NCBI GenBank assembly: GCA_034722955.1
Contig: JAYEOM010000101.1
Location: 12,294 to 34,243 of the forward strand
Direction of reading: 5' to 3'
DNA length: 21,950 nt
Source: Campylobacterota bacterium
Lineage (GTDB): Bacteria; Campylobacterota; Campylobacteria; Campylobacterales; Sulfurovaceae
The translations under genes were made by a program, and so were the position numbers. The first letter of the stretch is position 1. Every line of letters starts with the position of its first letter. Below are positions 9,726 through 18,456 of this stretch, in pieces. The notes under the pieces are model-generated. The model saw only the letters and a program-made list of their open reading frames with translations. It was not told where the DNA came from and did not search any database.

Positions 9726-10820
9726 ATGGATGCTTATGAATATAATGAACTTTTAAAATCTCTCTCAACAAAGATGGGAAACATCCGTAATATTGTCAAA
9801 CCTGATATGATCATATCACGACTCAAAGAGATAGAGGAGCTCCAGCAGGATGCAGCCTTTTGGATTGATGCTAGCAGTGCAGGCAAAGTATCTCAGGAGA
9901 AGACGCGTATGGAGCGTATCTTGGAGAAATATAACAATGCCCAAGATGCGGTAGATGATGCAGCTGACTATTTTGAACTCTCCAAGACAGAGGGAGATGA
10001 AGAGACACTAGAGATGCTGTATGATGAGGCAGAGAGTCTCAAAGAGAAGACCGAAGAGCTAGAGGTGCAGATCATGCTCTCAGGTGAACATGACGGCAAC
10101 AATGCCATCATCTCCATTCACCCCGGTGCAGGCGGTACCGAGAGTCAGGATTGGGCTAGTATGCTCTATCGTATGTACCTGAGGTGGGCAGAACGACATG
10201 GCTTCAAAGTTGAAGGATTAGATTATCAGGCAGGCGATGAAGCAGGGATCAAAGATGTCTCATTTATTATCAAGGGTGAAAATACCTATGGTTACCTCAA
10301 AGTAGAAAATGGTATCCACCGTTTGGTACGCATCTCCCCTTTTGATAGCAATGCAAAACGCCACACTAGCTTCAGCTCTGTTATGGTATCACCTGAGATT
10401 GATGATGATATAGATATAGAGATCGAGGAGAGGGATATACGCATAGATACTTACCGTGCATCCGGTGCAGGAGGACAACATGTCAACAAGACCGAATCTG
10501 CCATCCGCATCACTCATGAACCCACAGGTATAGTAGTACAGTGTCAAAATGACCGTAGCCAACACAAAAACAAATCAGCTGCTATGAAGATGCTCAAGTC
10601 AAGACTATATGAGTATGAGATGGCAAAAAAACAGGCAGAGATAGATGGGGTAGAGAAGAGTGAGATAGGGTGGGGACATCAGATCCGCTCTTATGTTCTA
10701 GCACCCTATCAGCAGGTCAAAGATACGAGAAGCAACCAGCCATTTTCCAATGTTGACGGCATACTAGATGGAGATATAGATAAGCTGATAGAGGGTGTAT
10801 TGATCGCACAGGCAAAGTAG
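9726..10820 (+). CDS. prfB: Peptide chain release factor 2 (continuous ORF, no programmed frameshift)
   Basis: SPF recognition motif, [16 protein letters not shown]. Confidence 0.99.
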   Translation: MDAYEYNELLKSLSTKMGNIRNIVKPDMIISRLKEIEELQQDAAFWIDASSAGKVSQEKTRMERILEKYNNAQDAVDDAADYFELSKTEGDEETLEMLYDEAESLKEKTEELEVQIMLSGEHDGNNAIISIHPGAGGTESQDWASMLYRMYLRWAERHGFKVEGLDYQAGDEAGIKDVSFIIKGENTYGYLKVENGIHRLVRISPFDSNAKRHTSFSSVMVSPEIDDDIDIEIEERDIRIDTYRASGAGGQHVNKTESAIRITHEPTGIVVQCQNDRSQHKNKSAAMKMLKSRLYEYEMAKKQAEIDGVEKSEIGWGHQIRSYVLAPYQQVKDTRSNQPFSNVDGILDGDIDKLIEGVLIAQAK

Positions 10821-10840
10821 GCAAGTTACCAAAAACAGAT

Positions 10841-10966
10841 CTACTTTTCACTCTCCTCTTCATCGGAGAAATGCTTTCCTAGCTTTTTGGTTGCTACGAA
10901 TGAGACTACCAAAATCAGCACTATCATAGAGGTATTGTAGAGTATACTCATCAAATCAATCTTCAT
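10841..10966 (-). CDS. 41-aa single-TM small protein (not in ORF track)
   Basis: MKIDLMSILYNTSMIVLILVVSFVATKKLGKHFSDEEESEK*; ATG overlaps the ABC ATPase stop (ATGA) and the ORF fills the gap to prfB. Confidence 0.65.
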   Translation of the reverse strand: MKIDLMSILYNTSMIVLILVVSFVATKKLGKHFSDEEESEK

Positions 10967-11613
10967 AGGGTTCGCTCCAATCTTTTATCTTTCAGATGGT
11001 AGATTGCATCACATCTTGCTGCCATATCTTCATCATGTGTCACTAGCAGAAGAGCTGCTTCTCTCTCCTCTACATACTCTAGTAGGATATCCATCACGAG
11101 ATTTGCTGTCTCTCTGTCGAGATTGCCCGTTGGCTCATCTGCAAAGATCACTTTAGGGTTTTTGCTCAATACCCTAGCTATAGAGACACGCTGCTGCTGT
11201 CCGCCTGAGAGTTCTGAGATCTTATGATCCATCAACTCCCTGATCTCTAGTCGTTCGAGCAGTGCTTCATCTATCTCTTCTCCTGCTAGCATAGTCGCTA
11301 TTTCGATATTTTCCCTAGCACTCATCCCCTTGAATAGATAGTGAGATTGAAAGATGACTCCTAACTCATGTCGTCTAAGTTGTTCTATATGAGTATCGTT
11401 GAGAGTGTAGATGGGTTTCTCTAGTAGTATCACTTCACCCTCTTTGGGTTTGAGAAAAGTAGAAAAGTGATGAAGCAGAGTTGATTTGCCACTGCCGCTC
11501 CGACCGAGTATAGCTGCACTGTGAGAAGAGTATAGTTTGAGATCCACATCGCAGTATAGCTCTATATCGAAACTATGAGATATATTGGTGGCATTTAGTA
11601 CTATTTTTGACAC
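10963..11613 (-). CDS. ABC transporter ATP-binding protein (LolD/FtsE-like subfamily); no adjacent permease
   Basis: Walker A GRSGSGKST, signature LSGGQQQR, Walker B VIFADEPTGNLD, H-loop VTHD. Confidence 0.93.
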   Translation of the reverse strand: MSKIVLNATNISHSFDIELYCDVDLKLYSSHSAAILGRSGSGKSTLLHHFSTFLKPKEGEVILLEKPIYTLNDTHIEQLRRHELGVIFQSHYLFKGMSARENIEIATMLAGEEIDEALLERLEIRELMDHKISELSGGQQQRVSIARVLSKNPKVIFADEPTGNLDRETANLVMDILLEYVEEREAALLLVTHDEDMAARCDAIYHLKDKRLERTL

Positions 11614-11667
11614 TATATAGACTCCCCCGTGTGAAGCATCACAGCAAGGGATGAATACATGGGAGTG

Positions 11668-12732
11668 TTAAGATCCCATCTGCTTTGCAACTTCTGCTGC
11701 AAAATCTTCTTCCTCTATCTCTATACCTTCACCCACTTCAAGTCTGATGAAGTTTGTGATCTCTGCACTTCCGCCGGCAGCTTTAGCTTTGCTATCTATA
11801 TACTCAGCAACACTCATGCTGTCATCCATCACAAAGTTCTGATCTAAGAGACACTGCTCTTGATCTAGTGTCGTATTGTCTGCGATAAATCTGGCTATTT
11901 TGCCAGGGAGGATTCTATCCCAGATTTTTTCAGGTTTTCCCTCTGCTTTGAGCTCCTCTTTGAGTTTAGCCTCTACTGTTGCCAACACTTCATCTGTAAG
12001 TTGACTCATAGATATATACTGAGGGATATTTTTAAGACTCTTACCGAGTCTAGCAAGCTCTTCATTCTCTTTCTCTATCGCTACTATACGACCTTGAGTC
12101 TCTTGAGCAACAAACTCAGCATCAAAATCTCTATAGCTAAGTGTAGTTGGGCTCATAGCAGCTGCATGCATAGCTACATCTCTCACTACAGAGGTCATAG
12201 CTTCCGCTGTTTTGGCAGAGTCGCACTTGGCTTCGATGATCACACCTACTTGGTTGTTGGCATGAACATATCCATTGACAGCTGCACTCTCATCACCACA
12301 GATCAGTGCTGATCGTCTAACAACAAGCTTTTCACCGATAGTAGCGATCTGCAGTGAGAGATACTCATCAAACTGCTGACCATTGATCTGAGAAGCATTG
12401 ATCGCTTCAGCATCTGCGATATCCTCTGCAAATGTATGATCTACAACTTCAGCGATGACAGCTTTGAACTTATCATTTTGTGCAACAAAATCTGTTTGTG
12501 AATTGATCTCAACGATGACAGCTTTTTTGCCCTCTACCTTGACACCGATCGCACCCTCAGCAGCTACTTTGCCTGCTTTTTTAGCTGCTGCACCCAGACC
12601 TTGGTTGCGAAGCCACTCAACTGCCTTGTCCATATCACCATCTGACTGGCTCAATGCTTTTTTGCAATCCATCATACCTGCATCAGTCATCCCTCTGAGT
12701 TTTTTGATATCTTTTGGACCAAAGTTTGCCAT
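11668..12732 (-). CDS. tsf: Elongation factor Ts
   Basis: GMMDCKKAL, AAEG, EINSQTDFVA, GKPEKIW, EVGEGIE; follows rpsB. Confidence 0.99.
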   Translation of the reverse strand: MANFGPKDIKKLRGMTDAGMMDCKKALSQSDGDMDKAVEWLRNQGLGAAAKKAGKVAAEGAIGVKVEGKKAVIVEINSQTDFVAQNDKFKAVIAEVVDHTFAEDIADAEAINASQINGQQFDEYLSLQIATIGEKLVVRRSALICGDESAAVNGYVHANNQVGVIIEAKCDSAKTAEAMTSVVRDVAMHAAAMSPTTLSYRDFDAEFVAQETQGRIVAIEKENEELARLGKSLKNIPQYISMSQLTDEVLATVEAKLKEELKAEGKPEKIWDRILPGKIARFIADNTTLDQEQCLLDQNFVMDDSMSVAEYIDSKAKAAGGSAEITNFIRLEVGEGIEIEEEDFAAEVAKQMGS

Positions 12733-12734
12733 AT

Positions 12735-13643
12735 CTATGCCTCCTCTCTCTTGGCATCTTCTATAGCTGCCTCTTCCTCTGCCATATCTGCAAGTGCTTC
12801 ATTTTCAGTGATGTCTAAATCTTCAACCTCTTTGAGTTCAACTTTAGCATCTTTACTCTCCTCTGCAACAGCTTCAGCAACGACCTCTTTGATCTCTGCC
12901 TCTTCTACCTTAGCTACCTCTTGAGCTACCTCTTGAGCTACCTCTTCAACCTCTTGGTTCTCTGCTAGTGCTGCTTTTCCTTCATTGATAGCCTCTGCCA
13001 TCTCTCTACAAAAGAGGTTGATAGAGCGGATTGCATCATCATTCCCTGGGATCGGATAATCGATCACATCAGGGTCACAGTTGGTATCGAGTGGTGCGAT
13101 AACTTTCATGCCCAATCTTCTAGCCTCTTTGACCGCTATATGCTCTTTGACAGCATCTATGACAAACATCATATCAGGCAATCTTTTCATATGTCTATAA
13201 CCCTCAAGATAAGCATTCAGCTTATCTTTTTTGCGTCGAAGCATCAATGCCTCTTTTTTTGTCAAAAGTTCGATTTGACCATTCTCTTCCATCTGCTCAA
13301 TGATTTCGAGTTTTCTGATAGATTTTTTGATAGTCGGGTAGTTTGTCAACATTCCACCGAGCCATCTAGTAGAGACATACGGCATACCACAACTCTCTGC
13401 ATGCTCTTTGATCGCTGATCTTGCCTGCTTTTTTGTCCCTACAAATAGGACTGTCTGCCCCTCTGCCGCTGCATCTCTGACTACATTATAAGTATATTTA
13501 AAATATCTCAAAGTCTTCTGAAGATCGATAATATATATATTTTTTCTCTCACCAAAGATGAATTTCTTCATTTTTGGATTCCATCTTCTTGTCTGATGCC
13601 CGAAGTGTACACCACATTCGAGTAAGTCTTTCATTGTTACCAT
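12735..13643 (-). CDS. rpsB: 30S ribosomal protein S2 with acidic C-terminal extension
   Basis: [48 protein letters not shown]. Confidence 0.99.
   Translation of the reverse strand: MVTMKDLLECGVHFGHQTRRWNPKMKKFIFGERKNIYIIDLQKTLRYFKYTYNVVRDAAAEGQTVLFVGTKKQARSAIKEHAESCGMPYVSTRWLGGMLTNYPTIKKSIRKLEIIEQMEENGQIELLTKKEALMLRRKKDKLNAYLEGYRHMKRLPDMMFVIDAVKEHIAVKEARRLGMKVIAPLDTNCDPDVIDYPIPGNDDAIRSINLFCREMAEAINEGKAALAENQEVEEVAQEVAQEVAKVEEAEIKEVVAEAVAEESKDAKVELKEVEDLDITENEALADMAEEEAAIEDAKREEA
12912..12946. repeat. 12-bp in-frame tandem repeat (~3 copies) in the rpsB tail
   Basis: AGCTACCTCTTG x2 plus AGCTACCTCTT, encoding [11 protein letters not shown]. Confidence 0.9.
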
Positions 13644-13694
13644 TTTAGCTCCTTGGTAAAGTAGATAATTTTGTGGTCGAATTGAATCGCCTTA

Positions 13695-13760
13695 GGTTTA
13701 ACCCTCTGTAGTCCTGAACGCCGACGCGCAACCTTTCAAGGAATAACTACATGAGTATTT
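13695..13760 (-). ncRNA. rpsB leader (t44-like S2 autoregulatory element)
   Basis: Long 5' UTR below a TACAAT box (13791-13796); minus strand ACUCAUGUAGU...ACUACAGAGGGUUAAACC forms the enclosing helix expected of rpsB leaders; position is typical. Confidence 0.65.
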
Positions 13761-13928
13761 CCAAATCCTGCTCTTAGAATAAGGAGTGTGATTGTACCTG
13801 AATAATATTTAAACCCTAGTTATACTCATAAAAAATAGACAAATCACTTAATTTCTCCAAATCAGTTCAAAGTCTAAAAATTTTTAGGTATAGTTGTACT
13901 ATAATCTTATTATAAAAGAAGGACAAAG

Positions 13929-14894
13929 ATGCATCACTTGACTGCACTACTCACAAACCCTTGGATTATGATCCCTCTTTTTATCCTCTTTTTTGGTGAG
14001 TATATCCCCTTTACCAAACTGCTTTGGCAAAAGATCGGGCTTAAGCTCAAGGCTTTTGGTGAGTGGTTTTTGCGTACTTACGAAAATAGACTATATAAAG
14101 AGCAGGAGGTTTGGGTAGAGGACAAAAAGATCAATCTGCAACTCAACAATATTTTTGCTAGGATCATCTTCTTCACTCTCTCAGCGATTGTTGTCATCCT
14201 CATAGAGATCTTTTGGGAACTTGGTTTTAAGGGAGTTACTAGAAGATTTGAGAGCTCAAATATCGCACACTGGTCAGCTCAGCAGATCGAAAAGATGCCA
14301 AACTGGGCAGTCCTTGCACTCTTTGGTGCACCATTTATATTTATGGAGCTTATAGGTATCTTGTCACTGGCCGCTTTCGTCTCAGGTCATATATGGGTAG
14401 GTATAGGACTCTATCTCTTTAAAGTACTATTCTTCATCCCTGTACATTTCGTACTCCATGCCGGAGAGGCACAACTGATGGCTATCGATTGGTTCAAGCG
14501 ACGCTATGATATAGTCAAAGCGACACTAGACTGGTTCAAAAGATCACAAACTTATGTCAAGATACACAATATTTCAGAGATAGTCAAAGCCCATATTCTT
14601 GCCTTCAAAAACCGCTTTACACAGACGGTTGTACTGCTCAAAAAGGCATTTGAACATGATGATATACTCTCACCGGAGTGTGAAGCCGTCAGGCAAGAGA
14701 TACTCTCCTCTTCGCCCACAGGAGGGGAGAGGCAGATGCTCTATGAGAAGTTCTTTAACTGTGTCAATAACCACCTAGAGGGGGATCAGAGAGAGACAGA
14801 GAGCCCTAGAGAAGATCCAGAGACCACACTAGACAAATCACAACATCAAAACAGAGGAGAAAAAGATGGAAAAGCCGGAAAAAAACCAGAGTAA
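13929..14894 (+). CDS. Uncharacterised multi-pass membrane protein (operon gene A)
   Basis: 321 aa, AAGGA RBS, TATAAT upstream, ~4-5 hydrophobic segments, charged C-terminus. Confidence 0.85.
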   Translation: MHHLTALLTNPWIMIPLFILFFGEYIPFTKLLWQKIGLKLKAFGEWFLRTYENRLYKEQEVWVEDKKINLQLNNIFARIIFFTLSAIVVILIEIFWELGFKGVTRRFESSNIAHWSAQQIEKMPNWAVLALFGAPFIFMELIGILSLAAFVSGHIWVGIGLYLFKVLFFIPVHFVLHAGEAQLMAIDWFKRRYDIVKATLDWFKRSQTYVKIHNISEIVKAHILAFKNRFTQTVVLLKKAFEHDDILSPECEAVRQEILSSSPTGGERQMLYEKFFNCVNNHLEGDQRETESPREDPETTLDKSQHQNRGEKDGKAGKKPE

Positions 14895-15486
14895 AAACTG
14901 GATCATGATCGTAGTCAATTTGATATTGGCACTGATATCGGTCTATCTCTTTGAGTATTGGTTCAAAGAGGTGATCGCTTTAGATAATACTCTTCAGAAG
15001 TTTGCCAACATAGGGGTTGTTGTCTTGACGGCTATAGTCTATTTTGTGGCAAAAACATATTATATCAAAGGGGTGATGAATACTGCCAAGAAGATCTTCA
15101 TACTCTTTCTGCTCTCTATAGCTATCTTGGGATTGATGCTGCTCTCTGTCAAAGTACCTGCTGATATCATATACCCATTTAGTGGGATCTTTCTTGTGAG
15201 TATCGCCTTCTATATGCTTTCGCTGAGTGCAGGCACACTCAATACAGCAGGTATGATCGGTTTGGCACTTCTACTCTCTATACCTATTATTTTCCTGAAG
15301 TGGTTTGGAAAAATTGAGTGGGGTATGTTCGTGGAGTTGAGCCAATTTGCTCTCTTTATTATCCTATTTTTAGGTGGAACATGGTCTCAAATACGCTCGG
15401 TCATCCATGGTATCCGAGGGGTCAACAGAGATGGTGGAGGCTTTGGTGATGAGGGAGATGGAGATGGTGATACAGCAGGAGAGTAA
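14866..15486 (+). CDS. Uncharacterised ~6-TM membrane protein (operon gene B)
   Basis: 206 aa, AGGAG RBS, overlaps gene A by 29 nt, almost wholly hydrophobic with a Gly/Asp-rich tail. Confidence 0.85.
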   Translation: MEKPEKNQSKNWIMIVVNLILALISVYLFEYWFKEVIALDNTLQKFANIGVVVLTAIVYFVAKTYYIKGVMNTAKKIFILFLLSIAILGLMLLSVKVPADIIYPFSGIFLVSIAFYMLSLSAGTLNTAGMIGLALLLSIPIIFLKWFGKIEWGMFVELSQFALFIILFLGGTWSQIRSVIHGIRGVNRDGGGFGDEGDGDGDTAGE

Positions 15487-16462
15487 ACATATATTGTTAG
15501 GCTTGAGTGCATGGATACATAGGCATCGCTCAGGACTTATCATCCTCATATCCCTCACCTTTGTCATACTCTTGATCTACTACCTTGGGTGGTGGGAGAT
15601 GATAGGGATACTATTTCTCAAATTTGGTCTAGGAGCCAAAGTCGCCGGTGCCAAAACTTTTGCCCATGCCATAGTCAAGGCAGGAGGCAAAAAAGCGATC
15701 GCTATCGCTACAGCAGGTATGCTGACAAAACGGCATATCATCGATATCATATCCAAATTTTTTGCTGAACACTCTATCAGAAGGTACAAAAAAAACTTGA
15801 CCCTCGTCATAAAACAGCAGCTTGATGAGATCAGACACTCTACTCCGGTCAAAAAAATCAAAGCCTTTGGAAGCATGCTCCTCTCTATACCAATATTCTA
15901 CTTTTTCTGGACGAAAGTTTTGGGTACGGCGATACAAAAATTTGTCTATGCTCTGGTAGTCCCTCTCTTTGCACTGCTCTGGAATCTCATCTTGACTAGT
16001 ATCAGTTTTATGGGTTTCATATTTCAAGTTCTGATGCTCAATCTATTTTTTGACACACTAGCCAACTACCGTTGGGGTAAAAAGATCATCGCTATGATCA
16101 ACTATACCATCACTCTATTAGGCTCTATACTAGGTCTACTCAACACCATTCTATCAAAGATCGGGATAAATCCAAAAAAGTGGCTCATAAAACTATCGAA
16201 CCACTTCAACAGATGGCTTGAGTCTATCCTAGACAGAGGGCTGACTCCAGTCGAGAAACTGCATAAAAAGAGAGAGAGAAGTATCAATGCCACAAAAGCC
16301 CTCGCAGAAAAACGACACATCTACGCACAATCCAAAAAAAAGAGAGAGGTTTCACACTGGAACTATATCAGAAAGCTTTTCAAGAAAATGGTGCTCAAAA
16401 AGAGAGACTGGAGAGAAGATCGCAAAGAGAGAGCGAAACGATGGGAGGGAAAGAGAGACTAG
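15449..16462 (+). CDS. Uncharacterised basic membrane protein (operon gene C); start uncertain
   Basis: Frame of ORF 15374..16462; ATG 15449 follows GGAGG (15458 and 15464 are alternatives); TM segments, Gly/Ala/Lys-rich helix, Lys/Arg-rich C-terminus. Confidence 0.8.
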   Translation: MREMEMVIQQESKHILLGLSAWIHRHRSGLIILISLTFVILLIYYLGWWEMIGILFLKFGLGAKVAGAKTFAHAIVKAGGKKAIAIATAGMLTKRHIIDIISKFFAEHSIRRYKKNLTLVIKQQLDEIRHSTPVKKIKAFGSMLLSIPIFYFFWTKVLGTAIQKFVYALVVPLFALLWNLILTSISFMGFIFQVLMLNLFFDTLANYRWGKKIIAMINYTITLLGSILGLLNTILSKIGINPKKWLIKLSNHFNRWLESILDRGLTPVEKLHKKRERSINATKALAEKRHIYAQSKKKREVSHWNYIRKLFKKMVLKKRDWREDRKERAKRWEGKRD

Positions 16463-16599
16463 CCGAGGTCAAGCGTTGAAAATCCACCCACTTCGTGGGT
16501 TGATTTTGCAATGTATGACCCCTATCATACTCTATAGTTGTATCCATTTTCAAAGAGTGAACAAATGAGTGATTTAGGGGTTTTTCGACAGCCGAGGTC
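16461..16599. mobile_element. Possible MITE or IS-end remnant flanked by a 10-bp direct repeat
   Basis: AGCCGAGGTC at 16461-16470 and 16590-16599; right end TTTTTCGACAGCC resembles IS1182-type termini; internal hairpins. Confidence 0.4.
16476..16511. terminator. Stem-loop, possible bidirectional terminator between convergent gene C and bcp
   Basis: AAAATC-C-ACCCAC-TTC-GTGGGT-T-GATTTT. Confidence 0.5.
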
Positions 16600-16612
16600 G
16601 GATGTCGCTGTT

Positions 16613-16637
16613 GTAGGGGTACCCCTTGTGGGTACCT
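16613..16637 (+). repeat. GTAG-type REP-like palindrome
   Basis: GTAG + GGGTACCC-CTTGT-GGGTACCT. Confidence 0.65.
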
Positions 16638-16671
16638 GAAATATTGGATTATACTAGCATCCCTAACCCTG

Positions 16672-17136
16672 CTATCTCAAAGACTCCAGCTCTGCTCTCA
16701 CTGCATCGACATGTCCTTTGACTCTGACTTTTTCCCATTTTGCAGCTACCTCTCCTTTGGGGTCGATGAGAAATGTACTTCTGACAACACCCATATACTC
16801 TCTGCCATAACTCTTTTTGAGTTGCCAAACACCAAATGCACTACAGAGCTCTCTCTCTTCATCTGAGAGTAGAGTGATCTTCAGCTCTCTCTTTTCGATA
16901 AAGTTCCGATGTTTTTTGGGACTATCGGGACTCACACCCAAGACAATGGCATCTAGTGACTCAAACTCAGGCAGAGCAGCGGTAAAATCACAAGCCTCTG
17001 TAGTACATCCGGGGGTATTGTCCTTTGGATAAAAATACAATACGATCCATCTGCCTCTGATATCTCGAAAGCAGATCTCCTCTTCATCTTGATTGGGGAG
17101 ACAAAAATCCGCTACCACACTACCTATTTCAACCAT
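16672..17136 (-). CDS. bcp: Thioredoxin-dependent thiol peroxidase (BCP/PrxQ)
   Basis: LYFYPKDNTPGCTTEACDF, GVSPDS, RSTFLID; ATG 17136 fits the AAAGGA RBS better than TTG 17142. Confidence 0.97.
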   Translation of the reverse strand: MVEIGSVVADFCLPNQDEEEICFRDIRGRWIVLYFYPKDNTPGCTTEACDFTAALPEFESLDAIVLGVSPDSPKKHRNFIEKRELKITLLSDEERELCSAFGVWQLKKSYGREYMGVVRSTFLIDPKGEVAAKWEKVRVKGHVDAVRAELESLR

Positions 17137-17194
17137 ATTCAATCCTTTTATGATGACTTTTTCGCTAGTATAGCATAATCACGAATAGATAAAG

Positions 17195-17266
17195 TGTTTG
17201 GCAGTGCCAAACCTACAAGGTTGTAAGGCTACCCAATGAAATATGTAGGTTTGGTACCACCAAACA
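17195..17266. repeat. Inverted doublet of GTAG-type REP-like palindromes (REPIN/BIME-like)
   Basis: Minus TGTAG-GTTTGGC-ACT-GCCAAAC (17195-17217) and plus TGTAG-GTTTGGT-ACC-ACCAAAC (17244-17266); AATAGATAAAG on both sides. Confidence 0.75.
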
Positions 17267-17295
17267 ATAGATAAAGCATACTAGGAGTGAACCAG

Positions 17296-17559
17296 ATGCA
17301 AAATAGAGAAGATCAAGAGCAGATGAGCCATAAAAAACCAAACAACAATGAGAAACTACCCACAAAAGAGGAGCTGCTCGCAGATATCGAAAAACTGCTC
17401 CAATATGATGAACATGACAAGGAGACGATCAACCCAAAGCTTTTGGCATATCTCGATATAGATACACTCATCTCCACCAAGAGATCACTCCTAGGCAGAG
17501 TGGGGATCCTCAGCAGTGCAGATAGAGAGTGGCTAGAGCAGTTCAAAAGGTATGAGTAG
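17296..17559 (+). CDS. Small hypothetical protein
   Basis: Frame of ORF 17287..17559; ATG 17296 is 8 nt after AGGAG; helical charged sequence ending WLEQFKRYE; start uncertain. Confidence 0.7.
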   Translation: MQNREDQEQMSHKKPNNNEKLPTKEELLADIEKLLQYDEHDKETINPKLLAYLDIDTLISTKRSLLGRVGILSSADREWLEQFKRYE

Positions 17560-17636
17560 AGACCATAACTACCCCTATGCACTAGACTCTCTCACACTCT
17601 ACTTTTATATTCATTTTATATTAGATATGTTATTCT
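17534..17636 (+). repeat. Direct repeat copy 1 (gene 3' end plus putative promoter)
   Basis: 103 bp, ungapped match to 18435-18537 with 12 mismatches by hand count. Confidence 0.95.
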
Positions 17637-17651
17637 TTAATATAAAGTTAT

Positions 17652-17676
17652 TGTGGTCGATGTGATCGACCCTACA
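17652..17676 (-). repeat. GTAG-type REP-like palindrome
   Basis: Minus strand TGTAG-GGTCGAT-CAC-ATCGACC-ACA. Confidence 0.65.
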
Positions 17677-17901
17677 GTGTCCGCAATGATAATATACCAT
17701 ATCCGGATTTGGTCGATTCTGTGACAAAAGCCAACTTTAAGCAGACTTTTACATCTCTCTCATAAAATCTGTGTTATTCTGTAGAAAGTGATGTGTGTTG
17801 AGAGATGTGCATACGGATTTCACTCACTTTTGGTGGGGATGGAAGGTGTTGTTGTGAAAAATAAGATATAATATTATAAATAAAATATTTGGAGCAACAT
17901 C

Positions 17902-18456
17902 ATGGGTGCATTCGACTATGAACCACACTACACTTACTCAGATTACAAAGATTGGGAAGGCAAATGGGAACTTTATGATGGCTACCCTATCTCTATGGCA
18001 CCATCTCCGATGATTAGTCATCAAGCCATAGCTTATGCTCTAGCAAGAGAACTTGGAAACAATATGGACTGCGACAGATGCTTAATCTTAGGCGAAGAAG
18101 ATTGGAAACTAAGTGATGATACTGTTTTGAGACCTGATGTTGTCCTTATCTGTGATGAGCCTAACGATGCCTACATAACAAAAGCACCTCAAATCATCAT
18201 AGAAGTTATCTCTCCATCAACTGCCAAAAGAGATGAGGGTTATAAGTTTAAGACCTATGAAAAAGAGAAAGTTCTCTACTACTGCATAGTCTATCCCGAT
18301 GATTTAAAAGCAAAACTTTACAGACTAAAGGATGGTAAGTTTGACAAAGAGGGCGATTTTTCCTCTCAAAGCTATGATTTTGAAGACTCTACATGTAAGA
18401 CAAGCATAAACTTTAAAAATGTGTTTAAGAGGTTTAGAGTAGTTCAAGAGGTATGA
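17902..18456 (+). CDS. Uma2-family (DUF820) PD-(D/E)xK endonuclease
   Basis: KWELYDG..MAPSP..HQ, LRPDV, PQIIIEVISPSTAKRDEGYKFKTYE; GGAG RBS; own TATAAT at 17867-17872. Confidence 0.92.
   Translation: MGAFDYEPHYTYSDYKDWEGKWELYDGYPISMAPSPMISHQAIAYALARELGNNMDCDRCLILGEEDWKLSDDTVLRPDVVLICDEPNDAYITKAPQIIIEVISPSTAKRDEGYKFKTYEKEKVLYYCIVYPDDLKAKLYRLKDGKFDKEGDFSSQSYDFEDSTCKTSINFKNVFKRFRVVQEV

Noticed and set aside
9726..9830. Programmed +1 frameshift in prfB
   Set aside because: The ORF is continuous with no CTT-TGA site; lack of the frameshift is ordinary for this phylum as far as I recall
13671..13694. Degenerate REP-like hairpin in the rpsB leader sharing TTGTGGTCGA with the 17652 element
   Set aside because: Lacks the GTAG foot and has an imperfect stem; a 10-bp match could be chance
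15374..15448. Gene C start at 15374
   Set aside because: It would overlap gene B by more than 110 nt; better SD-ATG pairs exist at 15449-15464
267..17582. Numerous 60-130-aa ORFs overlapping alaS, murG, ftsW, ftsI, tsf, rpsB, gene C, bcp and others
   Set aside because: They overlap well-supported genes in other frames or strands and show no recognisable motifs
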